DNA of 48,268 nucleotides from Salisapilia sapeloensis CBS 127946 (Eukaryota; Protista; Oomycota): NCBI GenBank assembly GCA_023334545.1, contig JAADVB010000143.1, positions 1 to 48,268 of the forward strand, read 5' to 3'. Shown piece by piece: positions 46,679 to 48,268 of this stretch (position 1 is its first letter; each line of letters starts with the position of its first letter). The notes under the pieces were generated by a model. It saw only the letters and a program-made list of their open reading frames with translations, ran no database searches and was not told where the DNA came from. The position numbers and the translations under genes were made by a program.

Positions 46679-47467
46679 TTACGCTTCATGTGTGTTGGCT
46701 TTGAGGCGACGTTTCGGCTGGCAGTTGGCGTGTGTGGGCTCCATGACTGGAGTTGTTTCCTCCGGAGATGGCGTGTTGTCAGTTGTAGTCTCAAAGTCCA
46801 TCGCATCATCCTGAGCGGCATGATCTCCGTTTCCGTTGACAATCGGAACACAGTTTTCTATGAATATGCACATGGGTTAGTACTCGTAACTACGTTACAA
46901 TAAGTGCACGGAAGACTTACTGTAGACTTGCCAATTGGCCTCGTGCAACGCAAGCCAGTAGAACTTTAGTTCACATTGTCCTGAGCATACCGAGTAGTCG
47001 ACTGGGATAGTAGCCGGGAACCCAGCGTACGCTGTCCGGCAGTCGTCATTTTGCGCCACCCTGGTATCGTCGATCCAGACTTCACATGGCCCTGAGTGAG
47101 AAGTGATGAAACCAGTTCTCTCTTGATCGTTTTGCCATGTCATGGTCGACATACCACTGACATCCACGGGCATACTGGTGTCCACTGTGTGACCACATCC
47201 TGGGACGACCGAGTCAATCAATGCTCGAAGAGAGTCATACTTGCAGCCCGTGAAAGCTTGAGCAAAATTCGCTTGATTATTTTCCGGAGAGCCATCGAAC
47301 TTAAGGCCAGCAAAAGAAGGGTCGATAGATGCGTCAACCGTCGTAATGAAGCTGGTGTCAATATGATTGTTGACAAAGGTTGCCAATGGGCTTGACACAT
47401 ATCCATGTCCATCCACGAGGTTGGCACCAAGGCCCGCAATTGTGATGAGGGATGTGTAGACTTTCAT
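46679..47467 (-). CDS. AA17 lytic polysaccharide monooxygenase (oomycete copper LPMO), canonical; 2 exons (intron 46858..46920)
   Basis: A 20-aa signal peptide followed by His1 (HGYVSSP); GFITSHSGPCEVWIDD; FYWLALHEANWQVY|KNCVPI; Thr/Pro/acidic tail ending CQPKRRL. Confidence 0.88.
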
Positions 47468-48064
47468 TTGAGTTGGCTGGTGTTCTTGCTTGGTGGTTAA
47501 GTTGATTAATGAAGAGAAATGGAAGCTTACTTGTCCAGATTTTATGCATCATGATGTGCATCTTCCCTCGAGGATGACCAAAGCTGGTCGCAGTCGAATG
47601 CGTCTAGTTCATAGCTTCTAAACCACCGAATGACGTGCCTATCCCATGATCAGACAAGATCCAAGGGACTATGATAGCATACATCCGCCAAAGCACTTCG
47701 ACATGTGTACTCGATGACCAGACGGACAAGAATAACTGTTTCAGATCAGGCAGTCTGGTACATCTTACTGGTCGATTCGTACAGGACCTGACGAACATTG
47801 CTAACATAGGCTAGAGAGAGTATTGGGAGAGACATCCACCAGATCAATAGAATGGAAACTTCGATCGGAATACACAAGCCCATGCGTTGAAAAAACGAAT
47901 TGAATTTCTTTCTCGTTACAACTTGGATTGAAGCAAAAGGTGTGCTCAATGGAGCTCCGCAATAAGAGAAAAAAGCGAAAAAGGGAATCGATCAAAAAGT
48001 TCCTGCTACACATCACACATTCAGGTCGCGCATGCACATTGAACCATCAATTGCAATGTGACAC

Positions 48065-48268
48065 CTAGGCGCGAAGGCGACGGGTCTTCGCGGCGCAACC
48101 GGTGACCGGGGCCTCGGCCTGGCCGTCATTGCCAGCGGGCGGAGCCTCGTATTGGTCTTCACCGGTAGTCGGTGGCATTTCGTAGTCACCTCCGATGTTG
48201 CCACCGTTCTGACCTTGGTTCTGGCCTTGGTTGCCACCGTTCTGGCCTTGGTTCTGGTCCTGGTTGCC
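48065..48268 (-). CDS. 3' end of an off-window gene with a Gly/Asn/Gln-rich tail; probably another AA17 paralog
   Basis: Frame GNQDQNQGQNGGNQGQNQGQNGGNIGGDYEMPP..PVTGCAAKTRRLRA*. GC-rich, same strand as the AA17 genes, with a terminal C..K.RRL motif like the neighbouring AA17. Confidence 0.55.
   Translation of the reverse strand, partial: GNQDQNQGQNGGNQGQNQGQNGGNIGGDYEMPPTTGEDQYEAPPAGNDGQAEAPVTGCAAKTRRLRA
48197..48268 (-). repeat. 33-bp coding tandem repeat (GGNQGQNQGQN), truncated by the window edge
   Basis: GTTGCCACCGTTCTG(A/G)CCTTGGTTCTGG(C/T)C(T/C)TG occurs twice and continues to the end of the sequence. Confidence 0.85.

Noticed and set aside
1-48268. CRISPR arrays, prokaryotic operons or defence systems, intact transposons
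   Set aside because: The sequence is spliceosomal-intron-rich eukaryotic DNA. I saw no repeat-spacer arrays, transposase/RT/integrase motifs, LTRs or TIRs.

Overview
This is gene-dense, intron-rich eukaryotic genomic DNA, almost certainly from a zoosporic oomycete. The evidence is INR+FPR core promoters, AA17-type LPMOs, an elicitin-like domain, a TKL receptor kinase, a radial-spoke gene, and mostly 52-72 nt GT-AG introns with CTAAC/CTAAT-like branch points. About 22 protein-coding loci can be reconstructed by hand-splicing the ORF track. In order they are: a GH47 alpha-1,2-mannosidase, a receptor kinase with an elicitin-like ectodomain, a kinase-less LRR receptor-like gene plus its decayed tandem copy, a ~11-TM orphan, a disordered protein, derlin, a ZSWIM2-type E3 ligase, a polytopic class-3 lipase, an RlmM/FtsJ-like methyltransferase, an ACSBG acyl-CoA synthetase, glucose-6-phosphate isomerase, SSSCA1/ZNRD2, an RCC1-repeat protein, RSPH14, an LRR-IQ-WW-B-box protein, U2AF large subunit, XPG/Rad2, a Tudor/Agenet-like protein, a bacterial-type FabI, and a tandem array of AA17 LPMO genes running off the right edge. 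I saw no rRNA, tRNA, CRISPR array or intact transposon. The most notable observations are an AA17 paralog that has lost His1 of the copper histidine brace and second-sphere residues while sitting next to a canonical copy, the elicitin-domain receptor kinase facing a kinase-less LRR receptor, and an intron-containing bacterial-type FabI with no targeting peptide. All splice models and family calls come from manual reading and motif recognition; no searches were run.
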